Origin: Callorhinchus milii
Taxonomy: Eukaryota
Assembly (NCBI RefSeq): GCF_018977255.1
Contig: NW_024704742.1
Span: 92,320,001 to 92,384,000 of the forward strand
Length of the DNA stretch: 64,000 nt
Direction of reading: 5' to 3'
In this document: piece after piece, positions 52,993 to 64,000 of the stretch
Layout: each line of letters starts with the position of its first letter
Position numbering within the stretch: the stretch's first letter is position 1
Program-made: the position numbers and the translations under genes
The notes under the pieces: generated by a model
Seen by the model: the letters and a program-made list of their open reading frames with translations, nothing else
The model's database searches: none
What the model was told of the DNA's origin: nothing

Positions 52993-53386
52993 CTGAGGGA
53001 AATCAACAGCATTGGACATATCAAATATGCATAATAATCCTTGCATTTGAGACCTCTCAAAGCCCTTCACAGAATATATTGTAAAGTGAAGTGATTGTAC
53101 ATTTTGTGGGCAAAATAGCCAACCAAAGCCATTTTTTATAGAAGTGATGAGCCGTGATGTTACAAGTTCTATTTTTACAGCCCCTAAAATTTAAGAGTCC
53201 CAAAACACTTAACAGGGAAATAGTGTCGAGTGTAGTGACTGCATTTTGTGGGTGAATGCAGCAGCCGGTTTTGCAAGCCAAGTCCCCAGAAACAGCCATG
53301 ATGTGAATGACAAATTTTTCAGTATTTGGCGGATTGTTGGTCATACAAAATCCCCCCAAACACAGAGATACTTTGGTATGGTATTT

Positions 53387-53712
53387 GTGGAGTCCTGTAG
53401 CTCAGTGGTTAGAGCACTCGCTTTGCAAGTGAGAGACCTGAGTTCAATTCCAGGCAGAGGGCGAAACCTTGGGCAAGTTTCCTTACTCCACACAGAGCCT
53501 AATAATAATCCTCCAAAACCAAAAACAATAATAAAGTGGTCATTTTCAATCTACGACTGTTTGTGGACATTGCTGTGCGCAATTGGCTGCCGCGTTCGCC
53601 CACAAATATACAGTCAATTCACTTTACAGTGTGTTCTGTGCAGCGCTTTGGGACGTCCTCCCGACGTGAAAAACGCTATATCAAATGCAAGGATTATTAT
53701 TATTATTATTAT
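53387..53712 (+). mobile_element. Young tRNA-derived SINE in TRMO intron 1, inserted among minus-strand Deu-SINE remnants (~53030-53330 and ~53785-53910)
   Basis: Full head with diagnostic CAGAGGGCG and CACAGAGCC variants. Confidence 0.93.
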
Positions 53713-54069
53713 GATGATGATTATGATTATGATGGTGGTTGCAGAATCCTGGATCACCCCCTTTGCCAGCTTGTTGTCTGGCGGGAATTTCTCCCCCAGG
53801 AGAGAGAAACTCCCTTCCCTTTTGGAACGGGATTGTTAAAAGTGCACCCGAACAGTGCCCGATCGGAGGCGCACTCCTGAATTCAGGTGAGACATTAAAC
53901 TGAGGTCCCCCCAAAGCCTTTCAAGGGTGGGATGGTCACCCCCAATGCAAATGACTGTGAGCAACACTGTGGCATCAACCGTCCTGTCTCATTTGGATCA
54001 GTAGCGCCCCCCTCAGGTCTACCTGTCAACTCCAGGAAGGGAGAAGACCGGGAACTGTGAGGGGTTTTC

Positions 54070-54430
54070 CGGGCGACTCCGGAATGGCGGTGTTTTGCAG
54101 CGGCCGCAGCACTGCGACTCAGCAGCGGGTCACCTGCGTCACTGTGCGGTGCTGCGGCGGTGCGGTCAGTACCTGAGGTTCCGGAGCTCTCCCCTCGTCA
54201 CCCGGACCTCCCGCTCCAGGGGGCTGCAGGCCCCGCCCCCCGCGGCCATCCCCACCGCGAGCCCCGCACTCACCCACAGGGACAGGGACACGGACAGGGG
54301 AAGGCCCGGCCCGGCCCGGCCCGCGCGTCACGTGACCCCGCCCCCCCCCCCCGGGCACGGCACCCGGAAGTGACGTCGGCTCAGAAGGCAGGAGGGGGTG
54401 GGCGGGGAAGGAGGAAGAGGGGGGGATGGG
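54070..54430. promoter_or_regulatory. CpG-island promoter of TRMO with E-box palindrome GTCACGTGAC (54327-54336), GC box/poly-C and ETS-CRE composite CCGGAAGTGACGTC (54364-54377)
   Basis: The only dense non-repeat CpG-rich stretch in the window. It spans exon 1, and the motifs are read directly. Confidence 0.85.
54173..54249 (-). CDS. TRMO: TRMO coding exon 1 (MAAGGGACSPLEREVRVTRGELRNLR)
   Basis: ATG at 54249 in a strong Kozak context (gggATGg) inside the CpG island. Ends at donor AG|GTACTG in phase 2, matching exon 2. Confidence 0.8.
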
Positions 54431-55945
54431 CGGAGGAGGAGAGGGAGAGTGACGGGAAGGTGAGAGTGACGGGGAGGGAGAGTGACGGAGAGGGAGAGTG
54501 ACGGGGAGGAGAGAGAGAGTGACGGGGAGGAGCGGGAGAGTGACGGGGAGGAGCGGGAGAGTGACGGGAGGAGCGGAGAGTGACGGAGAGGGAGAGTGAC
54601 GGGGAGGAGAGGGAGAGTGACGGAGAGGGAGAGTGACGGAGAGGGAGAGTGACGGGGAGGAGCGGGAGAGTGACGGGAAGGTGAGAGTGACGGGGAGGAG
54701 AGAGAGAGTGACGGGGAGGAGCGGGAGAGTGACGGGGAGGAGCGGGAGTGTGACGGGAGGTGAGAGTGACGGGAGGAGCGGGAGAGTGACGGAGAGGGAG
54801 AGTGACGGAGAGGGAGAGTGACGGGGAGGAGCGGGAGAGTGACGGAAGGTGAGAGTGACGGGGAGGAGAGAGAGAGTGACGGGGAGGAGCGGGAGAGTGA
54901 CGGGGAGGAGCGGGAGAGTGACGGGGAGGAGCGGGAGAGTGACGGGGAGGAGCGGGAGAGTGACGGGGAGGAGAGGGAGAGTGACGGGGAGGAGCGGGAG
55001 AGTGACGGAGCGGGAGAGTGACGGGGAGGAGAGAGAGAGTGACGGGGAGGAGCGGGAGAGTGACGGGGAGGAGCGGGAGTGTGACGGGGAGGAGAGGGAG
55101 AGTGACGGGGAGCAGCGGGAGAGTGACGGGGAGGAGCGGGAGAGTGACGGGGAGGAGCGGGAGAGTGACGGGAAGGTGAGAGTGACGGGGAGGAGCGGGA
55201 GAGTGACGGGGAGGAGAGGGAGAGTGACGGAGAGGGAGAGTGACGGAGAGGGAGAGTGACGGGGAGGAGCGGGAGAGTGACGGGGAGGAGCGGGAGAGTG
55301 ACGGGAAGGTGAGAGTGACGGGGAGGAGCGGGAGAGTGACGGGGAGGAGAGGGAGAGTGACGGCGAGGGAGAGTGATGGAGCAGGAGAGTGACGGGGAGG
55401 AGAGAGAGAGTGATGGGGAGGAGCGGGAGAGTGACGGGGAGGAGCGGGAGAGTGACGGGGAGGAGCGGGAGAGTGACGGGAGGAGGAGAGAGAGTGACGG
55501 AGAGGGAGAGTGATGGAGCGGGAGAGTGACGGGGAGGAGAGAGAGTGACGGAAGCGGGAGAGTGACGGGAGAGAGAAGAGAGTGACGGGGAGGAGCGGAG
55601 ATGACGGGAGGAGAGGGAGAGTTACGGGGAGAAGCGGGAGAGTGACGGGGAGGAGCGGGAGAGTGACGGGGAGGAGCGGGAGAGTGACGGGGAGGAGCGG
55701 AGAGTGACGGGGAGGAGCGGGAGAGTGACGGGGAGGAGCGGGAGAGAGTGACGGGAGGAGCGGGAGAGTGACGGGGAGGAGAGTGAGAGTGATGGAGCAG
55801 GAGAGTGACGGGGAGGAGTGGGAGAGTGGGAAGGAGCGGGAGAGTGACGGGGAGGAGCGGGAGAGTGACGGGGAGGAGCGGGAGAGTGACGGGGAGGAGC
55901 GGGAGAGTGACGGGGAGGAGCGGGAGAGTGACGGGGAAGGAGAGG
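54430..55945 (+). repeat. Purine-rich minisatellite, main unit 21 bp GAGAGTGACGGGGAGGAGCGG with 15-16 bp variants, roughly 75 units
   Basis: Tandem repetition of the AGTGACGG core is directly visible. It explains the repetitive ORFs (SPSLSRS, VTGRSGR, ERESDGE). Confidence 0.97.
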
Positions 55946-56466
55946 GAATTCACAAGTGAATTCACTGTATTTTGTAGGCGAAACATTTCAGTTTCATCAT
56001 CATCGTCATCCATCCCCACTCCCCGCAGCGGTTTGCCAGCCTTTCTTTGGCCCTTTCTCCAGGTTTTCTTTGCACCTTCTCCAGTGTTCCTTGCCCATCT
56101 ACAACAACAACAACTTGCATTTATATTACGCTCTTCACACGGAGTAGCGTCTCGGAGTGCTTAATCTAGTCAATTCACACAACAGTATATTCTGTGAAGC
56201 ACTTTGAGACATCTTGAAGGTGTGATAAGACATTATATCAAATGCAAAGATTATTAGTATTATCTATTGTCGCTCTGAGAGGCCAATGATGGGATCTTCC
56301 ACCAATACTCTTGACAGCTGGACTCCCCAGGATTTCCCTCTACATGCTGCAGACTATTAAGAATTAAACAGCCTGTATCATCTCCCAAGCCAAGCTTCCG
56401 AACCTATCCGCCCCCATCGGCCCTCGGCTCCGCTGGCTCCCCAACGCCCAGTGGTTGAGTTCAAGA

Positions 56467-56732
56467 TAATAATAATAATAATAATAATCCTTGCATTTGA
56501 TATAGCGCTTTTCACGTCGGGAGGACGTCCCAAAGCGCTTCACAGAACACAGTAAAGTGAATTGACTGTATATTTGTGGGCGAACGCGGCAGCCAATTGC
56601 GCACAGCAATGTCCCACAAACAGTCGTAGATTGAAAATGACCAATTTATTATTGTTTTTGGTTTTGGAGGGATTATTATTAGGCTCTGTGTGGAGTAAGG
56701 AAACTTGCCCAAGGTCTCGCCCTCTGCCTGGA
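56467..56732 (-). mobile_element. Young tRNA-derived SINE, 5'-truncated, same subfamily as 53387-53712
   Basis: Shares the same diagnostic variants. Confidence 0.93.
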
Positions 56733-57579
56733 AGATCTTCGTTCTCACCTTAAATCCCTCCCCAGGCTCATCTCACCCTACTGAAACTTCCTGCAAACTT
56801 GTTGTCCTGGCTGCTCCCTCCACTCAAATAAACACTGCTTCAAATCTCCCATTTGATTTGCCCTACCATTGGTGGGCAAGCTTTCATTCATCTCGCCCCA
56901 ACTCTCTGGAACTCCATCCTGGAGCCACTCTGTCTCTACTTTCAAAGTCTGCCTCAAGACCCAGTGCCTTGGGACATCCTCCCGGCTTGAAGGGCACTGT
57001 ACAAATATATTTTTGTATTGTATTGCAAGCCTTGTTTTGACCATGCTCTGTAATTTTTCCCCTTCCTATCCTCCCTCTCCTCCACCCTAGCTGAGGTGCC
57101 CAGCCAGCTGTGTAAAGTGCTTTGACACAACTTCCCGATGTGAAACTCACTTTTTTTATAATGAAGGAGCAGAAATAATAGTCAGTATATGTCAATGGTA
57201 CGTCAGAGATGATGAAGCAGGGGAGGTCACTCGTGAAGTGAATCTGGAGGATTGTTGGACAGGATACTGGGAGAAACTCACTTCACTTTTTGAATATTGT
57301 AATTGGATCTTTAATGACCACTTGAACAAGCAGACTCTGTTTAAAGCCTCATCTGAAGGAGGGTTCTCTAACAATACTGTGCTCTGCCAGTACCTCACTG
57401 GAAGGTCAGTTTAGATGATGAGCTGACATGGTGCTTGCGATAACATTAAACAAACTAATTAAACCAATAGGTAGAGTGTAACACTCACTATAAACTATTG
57501 TATGTATCATAGGGAGCCCTACTAGATATAGCTAGATAAAGCTGTACACCCATACTGTACTGTGTTGTGGGGAGAAATT

Positions 57580-58125
57580 TACAACAACAAATTATACTTG
57601 TATAGCGCCATTTATGTCGGAAAGACGTCCCAGGGAGCTGGGTAACCGGGGGTTTTGGACCCGAGCTGGAAGTTAGGGTCAGAAGGGTAGAAGGATAGAG
57701 TGAGTGGGGGGGGGTGGGAGTGTGGCCGAAGGCATGGTCGAAGAGGAAGATCTTCAGACGGACTTGAAGGAGGCAAGAGAGGGGACGAGGCAGGATAGAG
57801 TTCCAGAGTGTGGGGCAGAGAAGCTGAATGCCCAATCGCCAATGGTGGGGCAGGAAGTATGGAGGGACCTGAAACAGGCCGGTGTCTGCCGAGCGGAGGG
57901 AGCGGACAGGCTGATATGGGATTATGAGGTCGGAGAGATAGGGAGCAGAAAGATCGTGGAGGGCCTTGAAGGTAAGAACGAGGGTCCTGCATTCAATTGT
58001 CTGAGGAATGGGGAGCAGTGAAGCCGGTCAAGAATGGGGGTGATAGGTTCCCGGAGTCTGGCGTGGGAGAGGATACAAGCTGCAGAGTTCTGAATAATCT
58101 GCAGTTTGTGGAGGGAAGAGTTGTG
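57580..58125 (-). mobile_element. L2 3' fragment
   Basis: Encodes LQIIQNSAA on the minus strand, plus the L2 3' UTR and (TTG)n tail. Confidence 0.85.
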
Positions 58126-61100
58126 AATTCTATGGTTAAAACCACCACCAAAACTTAATCAACCCATGTTTTGTACATAGACTTGAGCTTGAAGATGATC
58201 ATCTTTTTGTTAATTTCTCATGACCACCGCAGACTTTTAGTCTTCCCTTTATACATTTTTTTTCTTTTGGCTTATCTCCTGCAGGGTTAATAATCTGCAG
58301 ACTTTCTGTCGAATTGATCTAAAAATGTGGTAAGTTAAAATTTGCAGCGTTAGGCTAGCAGTTTCAGTGCAATTCAGTGTAACAAACAGTGTGAAACTGC
58401 TTGAGGAGATAATCTCACACTGCTTTGGATTCACGCGGAGCACTGCAACTCGTCTGAAGCAAACCTTTTAAACTATAAATTCAAAGCTTTATAAGTTCCC
58501 AGGTGATCCGCGTCTTTAATAACATAAAAAATGTTCTGCGGCATTGGGAGGCTGGTGAGCAGAGCTCTATGTATGCTTTGAAGTATACTTGTGGAGAGCT
58601 TCACTTTGCCTGGTACAAAGTGACATAAGTGGAGATGAATAATGACAAATTAATGTGATAATTATCACCAGTGACATTATCATATTATTAAATTCCTGGC
58701 AATGGCCCAGGCAAAGTCACCCCCCACTTCCCCCACCCTTCCATTTTAAAAACAGCTGGGTCTGAAGCCGTTTCCAGTATTAAACTGGTATTATAGTAAG
58801 TGTCACTGAGGGAGACTATAAGTTGATTTTAGGTGGTTCCCTGTGGAATGAAAGAGAATTGGCAGTTTGAAGATCACTTTTGTTTACCACTATAGCTCAG
58901 AGGAAATGCTACTTATAAGCAAATTTAAAAGCAATTTGGTGCGTATTAATTAAAAGGAAAACACATAGTTGAAGGAAACTTGCCATTACCATTTCACAGA
59001 CCCAGAAATGTCATAATCTGAACATTGGAATATTTTGCTTTCATCTCAACAGTGAGCCATGAATATTTTTCTGTTCAGTAAATTGGGTGCAAATTAGTGT
59101 ATGGTACCATGCTTTTAGTCATCTTTCTCTCTAGGCTCCCAACTCCATGTCGGATACCAAACCAGCATTGTTAAAACTTGGGACAGCCTCCCAACATGAA
59201 AGGTGCTATACAAATGTAAAATTTTATTGTATAATAGGTGTTAATGTCATATTTAGAAATGGTCTCATAATTCCATGAATCTAGTTTGTTTAGTAATTTG
59301 ATGTTGATTAAACAATACACAGCTGCAAAGCAATGGTTGCAAATGCTCTTAATAATTTGCTATGACTTTTACACTCATAACTGGCCACTAATCTGAGTTA
59401 GTCAGCTTTATATCACCTCCTCCTCAAGACCAATTTCTCTGAAATTAAGAATTCATTTTCCCTTGTAAATAATATTTCACTAATTTGTTCATGTAAATGA
59501 GACAGTGTCTGCCTAACCGTGTGTCCTAGATGTAGAATTTCAAAACAGAACTTTCATCCTATAAAAATTGAAAAATGCAATGAAACATTTCAAAATATTT
59601 TCAGCCAGTAACGGCCGCTAGTAACACCCGAGACACGCCCCCCCCCCCACCGCCTGGACTCACTCACTCCCCCTCCCCCCCGCCTGGTATTGATTCTATT
59701 ATTTTTGTTTAGAACAAAGTGACCTAAGAAAGCATGGAATTTAAAAATTATTCAGTGCATCTGGCCCATTTCTTCAATGAACAATGCAAAACCTTCCCTA
59801 CTGGGGAGTCCACCACACATGAATGTTTCCTGTAAGAAAGTTTCCATACAGTCATTTGCTGATATCCAAACACAATCAATACACAACCCCAGAATATTCA
59901 CCCACATCTCTCCTATTTAACCTTTTCCTATTTATCCTTCACAAACACCATTGCACACTCATGTCCAGCCCTTGTATGATAAGAGTTTATTGTGTCTCAT
60001 AAACCATAGAACCATAGAAATTTACATCACAGAAGACCATTCTCTTCTCACTATATGGCTGTTTGTGGGACATTGCTGTGCACAATTGGCTGTCACAATT
60101 TGCTCACAAAATACACTTTACAGTATATTCTGTGAAGCAATTTGAGACATCTTGAAGATGTTATAAGGCACTATATCAAATGCAAGGATGATTATTATTA
60201 TATTATTATTCACCCATTGTGCCAGTGCTGAGCAATCATTTCATGCCCATTTCTCCTTTCCCTTGTGCCCCTGTAGTTTACTCTTTTTTAGATACATAAT
60301 TTAGTTCCCTTTTGAAAACTAAAATGAATTCTGCCTCATTCCATATCCTAACAACTCTGTGTGTGATAAACTTTCTCCTGAACTCCCCATTTGCTTGTTT
60401 GCTAACTCTTAAATTGATGCCCTCCAGTCACTGAGTCACCGACCAGTGGAAATAATTTCTCCCTATTGACTATTAAAAGAAAACTACAGGTACTTACCTT
60501 GTAGGATCTTTTTCATTTTTGAATGTCTGCATTCCTCCACACACAAAATCAAAAGAGACCCAGTAGTCACTGGGGACAGGGATTCTTCCTACTTGGTTCC
60601 TGTTAAACCTGCAAGTCAAAGCCCTAACGGGCAGGGTAATTAACAACTGGAACAGGTTCAGGCCTGGACATTGGACTCATTTAAAATACAGCTTGAATCT
60701 GTAATATGAGGATCATAGGTTGGGTGTTCTGGAAGGATGCAATCAAGTGGACTCAAGGGCCCTTCTTCTTCTGAAACAATCTCGTAACCTTGTGAAGAAC
60801 AACAACGTACATTTATATGGTGCCTTTCAGGTAGATTAATGTCTTGGAGTGCTTTGTAGTGATGGTGTCAGACTCTGAATAGGGAAGAGGGGGCAAGGGG
60901 GAGATGTCAATAGACATAGTCAAAGAGATAAAGTAAGTGGCGATTGAAGTCATATAGAAAGGGGGATGGGGAGATGGAGTGGTAGAGGGAGGAAATTCCA
61001 GAGGTTTGAGACACAGAATCTGAAAGCTCAGCCACCGATGGTGGAATGAGAAGGGTGGGAGATTCACAGTAAGCCCAAGTTAGCTGAGCAATGGGGGTAG

Positions 61101-61677
61101 CAGTTGAGCAGGATCGGAGATCAGAGAGATCATAATAATAATAATAATCTTTGCATTTGATATAGAGCCTTATCACGTCATTGAGACGTCTCAAAGTGCT
61201 TCACAGGATATAATGTAAAGTGAATTGACTGTAGTTTATTGGCAAAATGTATCATCAAACCTATTTCACCATTTTATAAGATTACGACATGACACATCCA
61301 ATTCCCAGCATTTTCTACTTTTCCTTTAATACTCTACCAGTTCTATCAATAGTCAATAATAATAGTTAATTGAATATTCATTATAGAATGTAAAATTCAG
61401 TTCTTCTCTGGGTGCTTAGTTTTTGCATAGTCCTCAAGAGGGAGCTATAATCCTGTTGTTTGGGTAGATTGGCCAGCAGCAAACATTGTCGACCTTGTGG
61501 GAAACTAAATGTCAATAAGTTATTAAACTGAACTTCTGTGAAAATTGAGTCCTAATGATTCATAAATGTGGACCCTGCTACATTTTTAAACTATAATTTT
61601 TCAAAGGCAAAAGATGGGAGAAGATTTTTCTTCTATTAAATTATTCCCCGTCTGATCTGCTTGGGGTAGTCATGTAT

Positions 61678-62183
61678 GCTTCGGGACCACATCACTCCCA
61701 CCCTCGCTCGCCTCCACTGGCTCCCCATCCCCCAGAGGATTGATTTCAAGATCCTCATCCTCACCTACAAGGCCATTCACGGCCTTGCTCCCTCCTACCT
61801 CTCCGACCTACTATCCCCCTACCTACCTGCCCGTACCCTCCGTTCCTCTGGCTCCGGTCTGCTCCACGTCCCCCGCCCCAATCGCCCTACCATCGGTGGT
61901 CGGGCCTTCAGCCTCTCAGCCCCTAGGCTCTGGAACTCCATCCCCCAGTGCCTTCGCCGCCTCCTCCCTTTCCTCCTTCAAGGCCGGTCTCAAGACCTTT
62001 CTCTTTGACCGAGCCTTCAGCTCCCCTCTCGACTCTCTTCCCCCTCCTCGCTCCCTCCCTTCCCTCCCCTCACCCTGACCATTTCCCCCCTGCTCGGGTC
62101 ATGACCCAACTGTGCAGCGCCTTGGGACGTCCTCCTGACGTGAAAGGCGCTTTACAAATGGAATCTTGTTGTTGTTGTTGTTG
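61678..62183 (+). mobile_element. Young L2 3' fragment
   Basis: RDHITPTLARLHWLPIPQRIDFKIL..GGRAFS. Tail GCGCCTTGGGACGTCCTCCTGACGTGAAAGGCGC then (TTG)n. Confidence 0.95.
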
Positions 62184-63234
62184 TATGCAACCACGCTTGC
62201 TCCCAGATAGCTCTCAATTTAGTTGCCACCAACAACACCCTGGCAATGACTGCCTCCTGCAATATTACCTTCTTCCTGCACGAGATAGTGAAGTGACTGG
62301 TTACTGCCTCCCTATATGTTGTGTCTCAGATCAAGAACTCTCCTGAACAAAGAGTGAACCTAAAGAGAGTCCCTAGACTTCCCAAAGGATTTTGATAAAG
62401 TATTCCACAGGACACTTCTTTACAAACTTTACCCCGCCCCATAGTTTAACAGTTTGACTGCACTCAAGTTCTAAGATCACAATGTCATGTCCACTTTAAT
62501 AAGTAAATACTGTAGAAAGCTGTTGCCATCAATGTATGTGAACGCCTGAACAAGTAAACACCTTCAGAGAGGGGGAAGTGCTGCATTTTTGGAAAATGAT
62601 CAAATACATCTGGAATGCAATTTGCAGAATTTGAAGAAGACAGCTCAATCTGTCAACTGGTGCAACCGGTGAGAGAAAGGGATAGTAACAGTGGAGTTAC
62701 TAAGTATCTTTCTCATAAATGGCAAATTATTGAAATTCCATTATTTCTATTGTGCTACAAAACCATTCAAAATTAGTTGCCTAGTTTGAGTGCTGTTGTA
62801 TGCAGCAGGTACAGAGAACTGCAACAGACCTCGAGAGATTAGAAATGTTCCCTATCTGAAAATATACATTACTGTTTTATTGTTTTACAGTTAAACACAG
62901 CATTGTTAGTTCATTAATATTTATTTCAAATAATTTTATGTACAATTAAATTTACGTTTAACTAAAAAACAACAATACAGGTATGTGGAATATTATGCTG
63001 GTGCTTCTTCCAGTGACTGCTGCAGATATGATCTCCATTTCCACAGAAAACTCACCATTTAAATGCAATATTAATAATAATTTGTATTAATAAGGATAAA
63101 CCTTTGTATTTGATATAGCGGTTTATTGTGACAAAGCATCTCATTGGTTGGAGGATGATATCTCTGACAACCAACAAATGAATTTGCCAACAAATTCACT
63201 TAAAAAATCACAAAACAAATGTGATCCATAACAA

Positions 63235-63425
63235 GCTTTTGGACAAGTTTCCTTACCCCACACACCTCAGTTTAGCCAGCAGTAAGAAATACTGCGGTGC
63301 ACAATTGGCTGCCACATTTTGTCCACAAAATATACAATTCACTTTACAATATATTCTGTGAAGCGCGTTGAGACGTCTCAATGACATGATAAGGCGCTAT
63401 ATCAAATGCAAGGATTATTATTATT
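63235..63425 (+). mobile_element. Internally deleted tRNA-derived SINE
   Basis: AAGTTTCCTTACCCCACAC..GTTTAGCCAGCAGTAAG plus the shared 3' body. Confidence 0.75.
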
Positions 63426-64000
63426 ACCAAAATGTTGGCCTTTTCCACAAATTTGTGAGCTAATAATTTTACAACAATTTACATTCGTAAATTATCATTA
63501 TTGGACGACCTTTTCGTTTCACCTACCTAGAGTTCCAAGTCATCTTCAAAATATTTTCTTTACAAAATATTGCTAAAATTAACATGCCTGACTCCTTTCT
63601 GCACACCTTAAAGAACAGAGGTAACTTATTTATTTGATCAGGTTGCTTAATGTGTCTTGTTGTACCTTCAATACTGCTTGATCCACATTCATCCCACTTA
63701 ATTAAAATCATCTGTATTAAAGGAAAGCTCAGTTAATTGAAAATTAAAGCCGTATTAGAATTTATTGAACCCATTATTATACGTGATCGTGTTCTGTATT
63801 TCTAAATATTTAACAATTTTGTTTCAATTTGATGTTTCCTTACTAAGGCATGAATTATGTATAGCTGACGATCTCTTACAATGATGGTGTATTTTTTGTG
63901 CTCTCTGAGTGCTGTAAATAGATAACAATAACTGTAAACCAAGATTATCAATGCAGTTTGTCAGGTTGGGCGTGCCATTGAATACTCCCTTTGCAATCCT

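Noticed and set aside
53246..53880. 197-aa and 114-aa ORFs and the recurring peptides CQMQGLLLL, SNARIIII and IKCKDYYY
   Set aside because: Chance translations of the SINE consensus and its (TTA)n tail.
54430..55945. CRISPR array
   Set aside because: No unique spacers or cas genes; it is a eukaryotic tandem repeat.
54328..56019. 563-aa Ser/Pro-rich ORF and overlapping plus-strand repeat ORFs
   Set aside because: Translation of the minisatellite; the pyrimidine strand lacks stop codons by composition.

Overview
This is vertebrate genomic DNA, not prokaryotic. The repeat repertoire (CR1 and L2 LINEs, Deu-domain SINEs, a tRNA-headed SINE) suggests a cartilaginous fish, probably a holocephalan such as Callorhinchus; that assignment is inference. 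I can support one protein-coding gene: TRMO (tRNA m6t6A37 methyltransferase, TsaA/TrmO family) on the minus strand. It has 6 coding exons between 54249 and 47513, all GT-AG and phase-consistent, totalling 1515 nt (504 aa). Its CpG-island promoter carries a GTCACGTGAC E-box and an ETS-CRE composite, and abuts a ~1.5 kb purine-rich minisatellite. The rest is retroelement debris interspersed with unique AT-rich DNA, and most long ORFs in the track are LINE remnants or repeat artefacts. I found no clear new multi-gene system. The best leads are: (1) SINE and L2 share a 3' stem-loop, and the youngest SINEs carry the loop of the youngest L2; (2) the SINEs are modular chimeras; (3) a 23-bp hairpin with strand-biased G:U pairs; (4) locally templated micro-insertions; (5) a promoter-adjacent minisatellite with polarised CpG decay; (6) candidate unannotated exons around the TRMO promoter. 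Repeat boundaries are read by eye and are approximate (about +/-20 bp).
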